Source: Mobula hypostoma (lineage: Eukaryota). Taken from it: a DNA stretch of 64,000 bases. Position numbers and translations under genes: made by a program. Shown here one piece after another: positions 23,470 through 36,120 of this stretch (positions are counted from its first letter, which is position 1; the number at the start of each line of letters is the position of its first letter). Where the stretch lies: contig NC_086097.1 of NCBI RefSeq assembly GCF_963921235.1, forward strand, positions 30,382,001 through 30,446,000, read 5' to 3'. The notes beneath the pieces were generated by a model. That model saw only the letters and a program-made list of their open reading frames with translations. It was not told the origin of the DNA and did no database searches.

Positions 23470-24230
23470 TATTAAAGTCCAAAGTAAACTTATTATCACA
23501 GAATGTGTATGTCACCATGCACTACCCAGAGATTCATTTTCTTGCAGGCATTCACAGTAGAAGAGAGAAATACAATAGGGTCAATGAGAAACTACGTACA
23601 ATCAACACATGACAAATAATCAAAGTGCTAAAAAACTTATGCAAAAACAAAAATCAATAAATGTTTAAATAAGTAAATGATTAAGGAAATAGTTAGATAG
23701 GTAAATGCTTAGAGCGTGAGTTCTAGAGTCCTTGAAAGTGAGTCTATAGATTGTGGAATCAATTCAGAGTTGAGGTGAGCGAAGTTATCCACACTGGTTC
23801 AGGTGCCTGATGGTTGTAGGGTAATAATTGTTACTGATCCTGGTTGTGTGGGACCTGAGGCTCCTGTACCTCCTTCTCGATGGCAGCAGTGAGAAGAGAG
23901 CACGGCCTGGTTGGTGGGGGTCCCTGATGATGGATGCTGCTTTCCTGCAACAGCACACCTTGTAAAGGTGCTCAATGGTGGGGAGGGCGTTTTCTGCGAC
24001 GGACTGGGCTGCACCCACTACACTTGGTAGGTTTTTCTGTTCATGGGCATTGGTGTTTCCATACTAGGCTGTGATGTGAGCAGTCAGGATACTCTCCACT
24101 GCACACCTATAGATGTTTGAAAAAGTTTTAGATGACACGCCGTAGTGGTGCTGTCCTGCCTTCTTTGTGATGGTCCTCGGACAGATGGTCAGATAGGATA
24201 ATGCCCAGGAATTTATAGTCACTGACCTCT
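23470..24230 (-). mobile_element. Rex1/Babar LINE 3' fragment with 3'UTR
   Basis: RKAASIIRDPHQPGRALFSLLPSRRRYRSLRSHTTR. Confidence 0.85.
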
Positions 24231-24699
24231 AACTAGTGAATATCTCCATATTAAACATATTTAGTGACTGGCCTTTGTAATTCCACATATTTTCCCTTTT
24301 CCTTGGTAGATTTATTCAGGGATCACATTATCACAATATTACAGCCTTCAACAATTCGCACTAAGACTCGTACGGCCAGATTTGGGAACAGCTTCTTTCC
24401 AACTGTGATAAGACTGCTGAACGGATCCTGACCCGGATCTGGGCCGTAACCTCCAAATATCTGGACCTGCCTCTCTGTGTTTTTTTTCACTACCTTACTT
24501 GCCATTTTTTCTATTTTCTATTTATGATTTATAATTTAATTTTTTAATATTTACTATTGATTGGTAATCCAGGGAGTGGGAAGCACAGAATCAAATATTG
24601 CTGTGATGATTGTACTTTCTAATATCAATTGTTTGGCGACAATAAAGTATAAAGTATTTACAGTCAATCATTTCAAGTTCTAATGCAGTCATCTCTAAC

Positions 24700-25000
24700 C
24701 AGAAAACACTCAGGCCCCTGTCCCAGAAATGTTGTCACCGCCCCCATAGACACCGTGTACTCCTTCTCCAAGAGCCCCCAGGCACGGATGCAGCCCTGGG
24801 AGAGGGGCAGGCAGTCAACTCTGGAAGAACCCTCAAGACTGCCTTCGTCCTGGGAATGGCAAGTCTGGCCAGGGCCAGGAGCAGGCTGACCAGGAGAGCA
24901 CCCGAGTGACCCACACCTCCCTCCGCACCGGGTGACCATGGATCAGGAGCGTGGGGCTTAAGAGCAGTCAGGACTTGAGGAGCAACCCCTTCAGGAGCTG
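24700..25000 (+). mobile_element. Degenerate Tx1-like fragment
   Basis: GTCCTGGGAATGGCAAGTCTGGCC (VLGMASLA) parallels LLGQAKLA at ~5200. Confidence 0.4.
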
Positions 25001-25164
25001 CAACCTCTCATGCTCCATCTATATCTGATATACTGATCCTCCCGGTTATGTAGAGAAAACCAAAGGTTAATAATAAACACATCTCAAAAGCAAAAGAGCA
25101 TCTGCAGATGCAACACGTACAACGTGCTAGAGGAACTCATCCTACTTTTCCGGTTTCTTTCACC

Positions 25165-25195
25165 TGTAGTTCTAGACGCTCCCACAAGGAGGCAG
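25165..25195 (+). promoter_or_regulatory. Candidate CTCF site with upstream motif
   Basis: TGTAGTTC-N9-CCACAAGGAGGCAG. Confidence 0.4.
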
Positions 25196-25354
25196 AAGCG
25201 CACCTTTCTTTCTCCTTAACTGCGACTCCTGAAAGATTCAAGATTTAAGATTGTTTAATGTCCTTTCCAGTGCACAAATGTGAAGGAGAACAAAATCGTT
25301 GTTGTTGCTATTGAATGGATATACATTTCCAAAGATTAAAAAAGATGATAAAGG

Positions 25355-25645
25355 TTAGCTTTATTTGTCACATGTACATCATTGTTTGTGTCGACTACCG
25401 ACACAGTCCGAGGGTGCTCTGGGGTCAGCTCACTAGTGTCGCCACACTTCCAGCACCAACATAGCACGTCCACAAGTCACTAATCCTAACCTGTACGTCT
25501 TGGCAGGAAACTGCAGGATGTGGAGGAAACCCACGCAGTCACGGGGGAACGTACTAATTCCTCACGGACAGACAGGATTTGAACCCCTCTCTTCAGATCG
25601 CTGGCACTGTGAAGCGTTTGCTAACCGCTACACTATGGTGGCACC
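25355..25645 (-). mobile_element. tRNA-derived SINE (abundant family in this window)
   Basis: Shared core GTTC(T/C)CCCGTGAC...GTGGGTTTCCTCC and TGTACATGTGACAAATAAAG tail. Other copies at ~30190-30380(+), 37160-37285(-), 43000-43290(-), 45025-45305(+), 47925-48230(+), 62870-63155(+). Confidence 0.7.
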
Positions 25646-25659
25646 CATTGAAAACATCA

Positions 25660-26250
25660 GGTTAGGTTGTTATAGATGGGGGTGGCAGTGGGGATGAGAT
25701 CCCATTACCTATTCAATGCTCCAATGGCGTGCGTGTCAAACAGCCTCTGACAACCAAGTCCAGCTCCTGGCCTTCACGTGTGGCTTAGTTACCAAGCCCG
25801 GCAGAAGTGTTTCTACTGACAGGTAAAACTGCAAAGGTGGGTTACTGGCACCTCAAAACCAGTCGCTTTGGGCAGAAGGGGCTCGTCAGCCGTGTTTGGC
25901 ACCTCATCTAGGAGAAGGAAAACTCTGACCTTAAACCTCCGCTGCCTTGCGGCTATATCCACTCATGGGGAAGGTTTCGGGAGTGAACCCTGAGGGAAAA
26001 ACCCAGAGCTGGAGTCCCTAAAGCAGTCCTACATTGAGTTCAAGACCGACTGGCAACTCTTGTGACTCTGCCTGAGCCAACCTGTATCGGTCTCTGCCGT
26101 TCCTTTGGATTCATCAGGTGCGTGGAGAGGGGGAGCCTGCCGTATGGGCAACAGCTCGCTCTCCATATCGTACTGCCCTGGCCTGCGTATCATGTAGACA
26201 GCTGGGACTCAACATCTACGGTCAACCCCACCAATGGAGGGCCTCAGGGC
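25660..26250 (+). mobile_element. RTE-derived non-autonomous element
   Basis: Aligns to the reverse complement of 20500-21017; contains GGAGAAGGAAAACTCTGA. Confidence 0.7.
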
Positions 26251-26809
26251 TAACGTCAGACACCCTGTGGTGCCTATCACAGAGCATGGAACAGTACACA
26301 CAGTAAGTGCCGACCCACATAACCCTACTCCAAGGTCAATCTAGCCCTCCCCTCTCACACAGCCTTCCATTCTCCTTACATCCAGGTGCCTATCTAAGAT
26401 TCTCTTCAATGTCCCTAATGCATCTGCCTCTACCACCTCCCCTGGCAGGGTGTTGCATGCACCCACCACTCCCTGTGTCAAAATCCTACCTCTGACATCC
26501 CCTATGCTCTCCTCCAATCATCTCAAAATGGATGTCCTCTTGCATTGGCCAGTTCTGCCCCGGGAAAAAGGCTCTGGCTGTCCGCTCTGTCTATGCCCTT
26601 CAATGTTATACACCTCTCTCAAGTCACTGCTCATCCTCCTTCATTCTAACTCACTCAGCCTTCCCTCATAGACTAACCCAAGGTAAACCAATCACCTGGC
26701 AATGTGAACGTCAAGGCCACACAGCCAACATGCGGTCACTGAGCCAGCAGGAAACAGGCCCTTCGACCCAGCAGGTCTATGCTGACCAGGATTCCCAACC
26801 AAGCTCGTT

Positions 26810-27670
26810 CACAGCAAACTTATTGTCAAAGGTCATTTAGGTCACCGTGTACAACCCTGAAATTTTTTTTGCAGGCTTGCACAGTAAATAGAAAGAAACA
26901 CAACAGGATCAATGAAAACCCGCACACGACACGGAGGGACAAACAATCGATGTGCAAAAGTCAACAAACTGCGCAAATACAAAAAGAAAAGAAAGAAAAA
27001 TAAATATCAAGACCACTTGTTGTAGAGTCCTTAAGAGTGAGTCCATGGGTTGTGGAATCAGTTCATTGTTGGGGTGAGTGAAGTTATCCCTGCTGCTTCA
27101 AGACCCTGATAGTTAAGGGGTAATAACTGTTCCTGAACCTGGTGGTGTTGGTCCTGAGGCTCCTGTACCTTCTTCTTGATGACAGCATGGCCTGATGATG
27201 GATGCTGCTTTCCTGTGACAGTGCTCTGTGTAGGTGTGCTTAATAGTAGGGACGGCTTTACCTGTGATGGACTGGGCTGTAGCCAACACTTCTTATAGAT
27301 CTTTCCATTCACGGGCATTGGTATTTCCACACCAGGTTGTGATGCAACCAGTCAACATACTCTCTACCACACATCTATGGAAGCCAAAGTTTTAGGTGAC
27401 AAGTTGAATCTGCGCAGACTTCTAAGAAAGTACAGGCATTGCTGCTATACCTTCTTTGTAATGGCAGTTGCATTCTGTACCCAGGACAGATCCTCTGAAA
27501 TGATAGCACTGAGGAATTTGAAGCTGCTGGCTCATTGAGCCCTGATTTTTTTCCACCTGTAGTCAATAACCAGTTCTTTGGCTTTGCTGACATTGAACGA
27601 GAGGCTGTTGTTGTGGCCCCACTCAGCCGCGTTCTCAGTCTCCCTCCCGAGTGCTGATCCATCACCACCT
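26810..27670 (-). mobile_element. Rex1/Babar LINE fragment with 3'UTR
   Basis: EWGHNNSLSFNVSKAKELVIDYR motif. Confidence 0.8.
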
Positions 27671-28159
27671 TTGATTCCGCTCATCTCCCTTCGAAACCTT
27701 TCCAATCCACGTATATGTCTAATACCTTTCAAGTGTCGCGATTGTACCAACCTCTGCCACGTCCTCTGGCAGCCGATTCCATTTGCGGACCACTCTGGGT
27801 GAAAAAGATGCCTCTCAGGTTCCTGTGAAGTCGCTCACCTCTCACCTTAAACCTGCACCCTCTAGTCCTTGTGTCCCCAGTCCTGGGGAAAAAGACCGAG
27901 GCATTCACCTAACCTGCCTAACTCTCTCCATAACTCGGTCTCTGAAGTCCCAGCAATATCCTCAGAATTCTCCTCTGCACTCTTTATAGTCTCAAAGTCA
28001 AAGCAAATTTATTATCAAAGAACATATGTGTCACCATATACAACCTAGATATTCATTTTGCTGCAGGCATTTACAGGAAAATAAATACAATAGAATTTAT
28101 GCAAATCTGTATCAAAGACTGGCAAACAACAAATGTTCGAAAGAAGGTAATTGTATATT

Positions 28160-29101
28160 CCGCCACCTCCAACGGGATCCCACCACTAAGCATATCTTTC
28201 CCTCCCCCCCTCTCTCTGCATTCCGCAGGGATCGCTCCCTACACAACTCCCTTGTCCATTCGTCCCCCCCATCCCTCCCCACTGATCTCCCTCCTGGCAC
28301 TTATCCGTGTAAGCGGAACAAGTGCTACACATGCCCTTACACTTCCTCCCTTACCACCATTCAGGGCCCCAAACAGTCCTTCCAGGTGAGGCATCACTTC
28401 ACCTGTGAGTCGACTGGGGTGATATACTGCGTCCGGTGCTCCCGATGTGGCCTTTTATATATTGGTGAGACCCGACGCAGACTGGGAGACCGCTTTGCTG
28501 AACATCTACGCTCTGTCCGCCAGAGAAAGCAGGATCTCCCAGTGGCCACACATTTTAATTCCACATCCCATTCCCATTCTGACATGTCTATCCACGGCCT
28601 CCTCTACTGTAAAGATGAAGCCACACTCAGGTTGGAGCAACAACACCTTATATTCCGTATGGGTACCCTCCAACCTGATGGCATGAACATTGACTTCTCT
28701 AACTTCCGCTAGGCCCCACCTCCCCCTCGTTCCCCATCTGTTACTCTTTTTAATGCACACATTCTTTCTCTCACTCTCCTTTTTCTCCCTCTGTCCCTCT
28801 GAATATACCTCTTGCCCATCCTCTGGGTCACCCCCCCCCCCGTCTTTCTTCCCGGACCTCCTGTCCCATGATCCTCTCATATCCCTTCTGCCTATCACCT
28901 GTCCAGCTCTCGGCTCCATCCCTCCCCCTCCTGTCTTCTCCTATCATTTTGCATCTCCCCCTCCCCCTCCAGCTTTCAAATCCCTTGCTCACTCTTCCTT
29001 CGGTTAGTCCTGACGAAGGGTCTCGGCCTGAAACGTCGACTGCGCCTCTTCCTAGAGATGCTGCCTGGCCTGCTGCGTTCACCAGCAACTTTGATGTATG
29101 T
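28160..29101 (+). mobile_element. Neptune-type Penelope-like element, 5'-truncated, with intact GIY-YIG frame
   Basis: GTYPCKRNKCYTCPY Cys linker and GVIYCVRCSRCGLLYIGETRRRLGDRFAEH, open to the stop at 28712. 12-bp TSD TAATTGTATATT (28148-28159, 29102-29113). Hammerhead at the 3' end. Confidence 0.93.
29006..29041 (+). ncRNA. Minimal type-I hammerhead ribozyme motif (Penelope pLTR), intact core
   Basis: AGTC-CTGACGA-AGGGTCTCGGCCT-GAAAC-GTC-GACT, identical to the reverse complement of 2475-2510. Confidence 0.8.
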
Positions 29102-29114
29102 TAATTGTATATTA

Positions 29115-29965
29115 TTGGCATTTTCCCTATAGCAGGGTGACCAGAACTGAACACAATCTTCCCAATGAGGCCTCACCAACATCTTGTACAGCAGCAACAT
29201 AACATCCCAGCTTCTGTATTCAATGCCCTGACCGATAAAGGCCAGTGTGCTAAATGCCTTCTTCCCCTTCTTCATTTCTAGTCCTCCTGAAATGAATGCT
29301 AACATTGCATTTGCCTTCCTCACTACAGGCTCAGCTTGCAAATTAATCTTTAAGGGATCCTGCACAAGGACTCCCAAGTCCCTTTACACCTCACTTTTTG
29401 TATTCTTCTCCATTTAGAAAATAGTCATCATTTCATTTCTTCTGCCAAAGTGCATGACTGAACACTTCCCAAAGTTTTATCCCATCTGCCATTTCTTTAC
29501 TCATTTTCCCAATATGTCTAAGTCCTTCTGTAGCCTCTCTACTTCCTCAAAACTACCTGCCACTCCACTATCTTCATATTGGTCCCAACACAGTCCCCTG
29601 TGGAACACCCCTAGTCACCAGAAGCCAGCCAGAAAGACTCCCTTTATTCCCACTCTCTGCCAATCAGCCATTTCTTTATCCGTGCTAGAATCTTTCCTGT
29701 AATACCATGGGCTCATAGTTTGTTAAGCAGCCTCATGTGTGGCACCTTGTCAAAGGCCTTCTGAAAATCCAAGTTCACAACATCGACTGATTCTCCTTTG
29801 TCTATCCTGCTTGTTATGTCTTCAGATAATTCCAACAGAGTTGTCAGGCAAGATCTTCCCTTGAGGAAACCATGCTGACGATGGCCTATTTTATTATGTG
29901 TCAAGTACCCTGAGGCCTCATCCTTAAAGATTGGTTCCAACATCTTCCCAACCACTGAGGTCTGA
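29115..29965 (-). mobile_element. Degenerate CR1 fragments
   Basis: QHGFLKGRSCLT, LDFQKAFDKVPH. Confidence 0.85.
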
Positions 29966-30394
29966 CTCTCTTCCTGGAGGAAAAAAGACTATGAACATTC
30001 ATCCTGCCTACACCCCTCGTGATTTTATACATGAAGCCACTTCAGAAAGGAGCTCTGTAACACCTCCTGGTGCAAAGGATGAACTAGGCACTATTAAAAG
30101 GTAGGCTCTTTCTATGTGGCTGTAAATTGGTAAACCTGACAACAAGGAAAGAGAAAAGTAGGCAAGTCCCTTGATATCCCTCAAGTGGGCTGGCACAATA
30201 GCATAGCTACTTGCATAAGATCAGGGTTCAATTCCCGACATTCTCTGTAATGTTCTCCCCGTGGTTCAGTTTCATCCCTCAGTCCAAAGATGTACTGGTT
30301 AGCGTTAGTGAGTTGTGGGCATCCTATTGTTGGCACTGATGGCAATACTTGCAAACTGGTCCTAGCACATCCTCACACTGCCAACTTACGGGAG

Positions 30395-31857
30395 GACGAT
30401 GATCTTTCAAGAATCGCTAGATTCTGGCATTGTACCAGATGACTGGAAAATTGCAATTACTCCGCTATTTAAGAAGGGTGGGAGGCAGCAGAAAGGAAAC
30501 TATAGACCTGTTAGCCTGACATCAGTGGTTGGGAAGTTGTTGGAATCGATTGTTAGGGATGAGATTACGGAATACCTGGAGGCATATGACAAGATAGGCC
30601 AAAGCCAGCATGGTTTCCTGCAATTCTTTGAGGAAATTACAAGCAGGGTGGACAAAGGAGATGCTGTAGATGTGGTGTACTTGGATTTTCAGAAGGCCTT
30701 TGACAAGGTGCCGCACATGAGGCTGCTTAGCAAGATAAGAGCCCATGGAATTACAGGGATGTTACTAGCTTGGGTGGAGCATTGGCTGGTCAGCAGAAAA
30801 CAGAGAGTGGGAATAAAGGGATTCTATCCTGGCTGGCTGCCGGTTACCAGTGGAGTTCCACAGGGGTCGGTGTTGGGACTGCTGCTTTTTACTATGTATG
30901 TCAATGATATGGACTACATTATTAATAGATTTGTGGCTAAATTTGCCAATGATACAAAGATAGTTGGAGGAGCGGGTAGTGTTGAGGTAACAGAGCCTGC
31001 AGAGAAATTTAGATAGTTTAGGGGAATGGGCAAAAAAGTGGCAAACAAAATACAATGTTGGAAAGTGTATGGTCATGCACTTTGGTGGAAGAAAGACTAT
31101 TATTTTGATGGGGAGAGAATTCAAAATGCAGAGATGCAAAGGGACTTGGGAGTCCTTGTGCAAGATACCCTAAAGGTTAACCTCCAGGTTGAGAAGGGCG
31201 TGAAGAAGGCGAACGCAATGTTGGCACTCATTTCTAGAGGTATAGAATATAAGAGCAGGGATGTGATGTTGAGGCTCTACAAGGCACCTGAGACCACACT
31301 TGGAATATTGTGTGCAGTTTTGGGCTCCTTATTTTAGAAAGGATATACTGTACTGACATTGGAGAGGGTTCAGAGAAGATTCACGAGAATGATTCCAGGA
31401 ATGAAAGGGTTACTGTATGAAGAACATCTGGCAGATCTTGGGCTGTATTCCCTGGAGTTCAGGAGAATAAGGGGGGATCTCATAGAGACATTCCGAATGT
31501 TAAAAGGCCTGAACAGATTAGATATGGCAAAGTTATTTCCCATGTAGGAGATTCTAGGACAAGAGGGCATGATTGAAGGACGTCCTTTTAGAACTGAGAT
31601 GCAGAGAAATTACTTTAGTCAGAGGGTGGTAAATCTGTGGAATTTGTTGCCATGAGCAGCTGTGGAGGCCGTCATTGGGTGTATTTAAGGCAGAGATAGA
31701 TAGGTTATTGATTAGCCAGGGTATCAAAGGGTATAGGGTGAAAGCAGGGGCGTGGGGATGACTGGAAGAAATGGATCAGCCCATGATTGAATGGTGGAGC
31801 AGACTCGATGGGCCGAATGGCCTACTTCTGCTCCTATATCTTATGGTCTTATGGTCT
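30395..31857 (+). mobile_element. CR1 LINE (RT to 3' end), frameshifted
   Basis: NYRPVSLTSVVGK, GVPQGSVLG; (TCTTATGG)n tail at ~31839-31857. Confidence 0.92.
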
Positions 31858-31999
31858 CAGACAGTGAAACATTAAACAGTACAGCGTGTTACATTGGTGA
31901 TTGAGGCAAACAACAGGACTCGCTGAGTGTTTCCATGATCCAATGTACATGTAACAAATAAATCTGAACTTGCTTAATCCTTTCTTTAGCCCTTCTCAT

Positions 32000-32230
32000 T
32001 GGGTGTGTGCAATGCCTCTGTTTATTGAACAGTTTACAGAATGAGATGATTCTAGATAAAGGGTGGGAGGATCTGACAGGTTATTCAAAGGTGAGGTCAA
32101 AAGATATTTTAGACAAGGTGGGACTTGCTGGCTTTGAAAGCTCCAACCTCTGCCGGTGCGTGGGCTTTGACTAAGCAAGAGGCTTTTTGCTTTGCTGGTG
32201 ACTCAGTGGGATCGGAATCATTTTGGTGGA
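32000..32230. promoter_or_regulatory. Candidate enhancer island
   Basis: TGTTTATT 32019-32026, AGATAA 32054-32059, TTCAAAG 32084-32090, AGGTCA 32094-32099, TGACTAAGCA 32168-32177, TGACTCA 32199-32205. Confidence 0.3.
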
Positions 32231-32329
32231 ACTGAATGGGCTGTTAATTGGGAGGAGATAGGATAGACAGCTCGGAATTCAGCAGTTGCGTGCATGAGGA
32301 AGGGAGAAAAGCGGGAATATGCCAATGAA

Positions 32330-33445
32330 AACTTCGTGGTAGGTCAGAAAATCAGGAGACATGGGATCCGGGGCAACCTGACTGCATGGATTCGGAATTG
32401 GGTTGCCCACAGAAGGAAGAGGGTGGCTGTAAATGGAGAGTATTCTGCCTGGAGATCAGTGACCAGTGCTGTCCCACAGGGAACTGTTCTAGGACCCTGC
32501 TCTTTGTGAACTTTTTTATAAATGTCTTGGATGAGGAAGTGAAAAGGTGGGTTAGTAAGTCTGCAGATAGCACGGAGGTTGGTGATATTGTGGATAGCGT
32601 AGAACGTTGTCGTAGGTTACAACAGGGTATTGATAAGAAGCAGAGCTGGGCTGAGAGGAGGCAGATGGAGTTCAACACAGAAAGTTGTGAAGTGCTTCAC
32701 TTTGGAAATTTGAATTTGAAGGCAAAGTACAGGGTTAACGGCAGGATTCGTGGCAGTGTGGAGGAACAGAGGGATCTTGGATCCATAAATCCCTCCATGT
32801 TGCTGCATAAGCGGACAGGGTTGTTAAGAGGGCAAATGGTGTGTTGGTCTTTATTAGTGGGGATTGAGTTCAAGAGCCTGTGAGGTAATGTTGCAGCTCT
32901 ATAAAACCCTGCTTGGACCACACAGAGAATTGTGTTCCGTTCTGAGCACCTCATTGTAGGAAGGATGTGGAAGCTTTAGAGTGCATGCAGAGAAGATTTA
33001 CCAGAATGCTGCCTGGATTAGAGAGCATGTCTTATGAGAAGTGGTTGAGTGAGCTAAGGCTTTTCTCGTTGAGAGGTGATGATAGAGGTGGACAAGATGA
33101 TAAGAATCATAGATCAATTGGACAGTCAGAGGTTTTCCCAGGACAAAAACAGCTAATACGAGGGGGCATAATTGTAAGATGTTTGGAGGAAAGTATAGGG
33201 GAGGTGTCAGAGGTAGGTTACACAGAGACTGGTAGGTGTGTGGTGGTTGTGGAAGCAGATACATTAGGGACATTTAAGAGACTCTTAGATAGGCTCATGG
33301 ATGATAAAAAAAAATTACGGACTATGTGGGAGGGAAGGATTAGATTGATTTTGGTGTACGTTAAAGGGATGGCAAAACATCATGGGCCTAATGGTCCGTA
33401 CTGTGCTGTAATGTTCCAAGTTTTATGTTCTATGTTCTATTATTG
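32330..33445 (+). mobile_element. Degenerate CR1 LINE
   Basis: VPQGTVLGP, QMEFNTESCEVLHFG, QRRFTRMLPGL; (TGTTCTA)n tail. Confidence 0.88.
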
Positions 33446-34234
33446 AACTGTTCCCCTGGTATGACAAGATGGACTCTTGACCTCACAGTCTACTTCATTA
33501 TGATCCTGCACCTTACCGTCTGCCTGCACGACACTTTCTCTGTAACTGGAACACTTTATTCTGCACTCTGTTATTGTTCAATAACTACTGGAGGAACTTA
33601 GCAGGTTAATGGAGCTTTATTGAAGTTGAGTTTATACGCACAAGGACACGTGTGTGATGAAAAGTTACCCTCTCTCCCTATCTCCCTATCTATCCCTGGC
33701 ACTCTCTCCCTCAGTCACTCCCTCTCCCTTTTGCTTTCTGTGTCTTTCTGTCTCCTCATCTCCCTCTCTTTCTCTCTGCCAGCCACATCCATGACCCAAT
33801 GCCAACTCCCCCTTCCCTTGCCATGGGGAGATCATTTGGTTAGTACTCCCCATCCTGCTAATCTTTCCTCTGCTGCCTAAAGAGAATTGGAATGAGAATT
33901 CAATACAAAACAACAGGCTATTGATTTCACCTGAACACTTGAAGCTGGTCAAAGAACAATTCAGAAGATATAGTCTCAGAATGCAAGGCAAATCAAGGGA
34001 AGAGTTACAGAGAGAGATAGATGGTGCAACAAGAAGGGAGATCAGCCTAGGAAGTTGGTCTAAACTAATTATCCTTTTCAAATCTGCATATCCCCACACC
34101 AAGGACTAACTTTCAACCAGTCTCCCAAACCACTACTGGCCTCCCCCTCCCCCTCTATACTGACCATCGCCCCCTCCTCCACTCTCAGCCCAGCAGCAGA
34201 GTCTTAACCCAAAACGTCAACAATTCGGAGGTTG

Positions 34235-35045
34235 TCATATATTACAACAGGGCATTGGCAGGATCCAGACTGGACTGAGAAGTGGCAGATGGAGTTCAAT
34301 ACAGAAGCGTGTGAAGGGATTCACTTTGGAAGGTCGAGCTTGAAGGCAGGATACAGGGTTAATGGCAGGATTGTTAACAGCGTGGAGGAACAGAGGGATC
34401 GTGAGATCTACGTCCATAGATCCTTCAAAGTTGCCACACAAGTTGGGTGGTTAAGAAGGCGTATGGAGTGTTGGCCTTTGTTAATCAAGGAATTGGGTTC
34501 AAGAGCTGTGAAGTAATGCTGGAACTCCATAAGCTCTGGTTAGACCACACTCGGAATATTGCATTCAGTTCTGATCACCTCTTTATAAGAAGGATGTGCA
34601 AGCTTTAGACAGAATGCAGAGGAGATTTACTAGGACACTGCCTGGATTCGAGAGCATGTTTCATGAAGATAAGTTAAGGAGCTAGAGCTTTTCTCTCTGG
34701 AGCAAAGGTGGATGAGAGGTGACTTGATAGAGGTGTACAAGGTGATAAGAGGTGTCAATAGATGAACTGCCAGCACCATCTTCCTTAACACTAGTGACCG
34801 GAGTATTAATGTAGGGGTCAGAGGTAGGTTTTTTACACAGAGGGTGGTGGGTGCATGGAACACCCTGCCAGGGGTGGTGGTAGAGGCAGTGCATTAGGGG
34901 ACCACTCTTGGATTGGCATTTGGACGATAAAAATGAAGGGCATTGTGGGAGGGAAGGGTTAAGTTAATCACAGAGTAGGTTAAAAGGTTGTCATAACATT
35001 CTCGTTCAAAGGGCCTGTACTGTGCTTTACTGTTCTATGTTCTAA
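34235..35045 (+). mobile_element. Degenerate CR1 LINE
   Basis: WQMEFNTEACEGIHFG; TGTTCTATGTTCTA tail. Confidence 0.85.
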
Positions 35046-35249
35046 TTCTTCCCTCCCACTCCCTCCCTCAGTGATATTGCTCACCCACCGCCCCTGCGAT
35101 AGCGTGTTGCCCCAGATTCCACCAGCTGCTATCCATGGGATTTGGGAGTAGGACTGATCGGTGAATGGGACTCACTGGGAATCAGGTAAAATGTTTGTCA
35201 GAAGAACAGTCAAAGTCAAATTTCACAATTGAGTTTATTTTCATATGCC

Positions 35250-36120
35250 AAGTACCTAGAGCATAGAATACTACAGTGAAGAATCAGGCTCTTCGACCCA
35301 TCTAGTCCATGCTGGCCTGGTTTTCTGCCTCAGATCATCTGCACCTGGATCATAACTCTCCATACCCTCACTGGAGTTTAGAAGAATGAGGGGGAATATC
35401 ATTGTAACCCACTGGATATTGAAAGGCCTCGATAGAGTGGATGTGGAGAGGATTTTTCCAATAGTGGGTAAGTCTAGGACCAGAGGGTACAGATTTAGAA
35501 TAGAAGGACATCCCTTTAGAAGAGATGAGGAGAGTGGTGAATCTGTGGAATTCATTGCCACAAACAGCTGTGGTGTTGGGTATACTTAAACCAGAGGTTG
35601 ACAGGTTCTTGGTTACTTAAGTGTCAAAAGTTACAGGGAAAGAGCAGAAGAATAGGGTTGAGAGAGACAGTAAATCAGCCATGATCAAATGGTAGAGCAG
35701 ATTCAATGGGCTAGTTCTGTTCCCATGTCGTATGGTCTTATACCCGTCTCACCCACGTACTTATCCAAACTTCTCTTAAAATTACTATTGAACCTGCACC
35801 CACCACTCCTGCTCATTCCACACTCTCACCACCCTTTGAGTGAAGAGGCTTCCCTTCAGGTTCCCCTTAAATGTTTCATCTTTCACCCTTATCCTATGAC
35901 TTCAAGTTCAGGTCTCACCCAAACTCAGAGGAAAAAGCCTCCTTACATTTACCCTGCCTATTATCTTCATCATCATCATGTAAACAGCACCTTTGTAAGG
36001 TGTCCCCTCATTCTCCAACCCTCCAGGGAATCAAGTCCAAACCTATTCAACCCTCCCCCGTAACTCAGGTCCCCGACTCCCGGTAACATCCTGTAAATCT
36101 TCTCCGCACTCTTCCAGCTT
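35250..36120. mobile_element. Nested CR1 3' fragments (plus-strand 35370-35740 inside a minus-strand copy)
   Basis: ILKGLDRVDVERIFPIVGKSRTRG on the plus strand; the flanks match CR1 3' ends on the minus strand. Confidence 0.7.

Noticed and set aside
28026..28712. 228-aa ORF as a novel fusion gene
   Set aside because: The first ~45 codons are flanking repeat sequence upstream of the TSD, in frame by chance with a truncated Penelope endonuclease.
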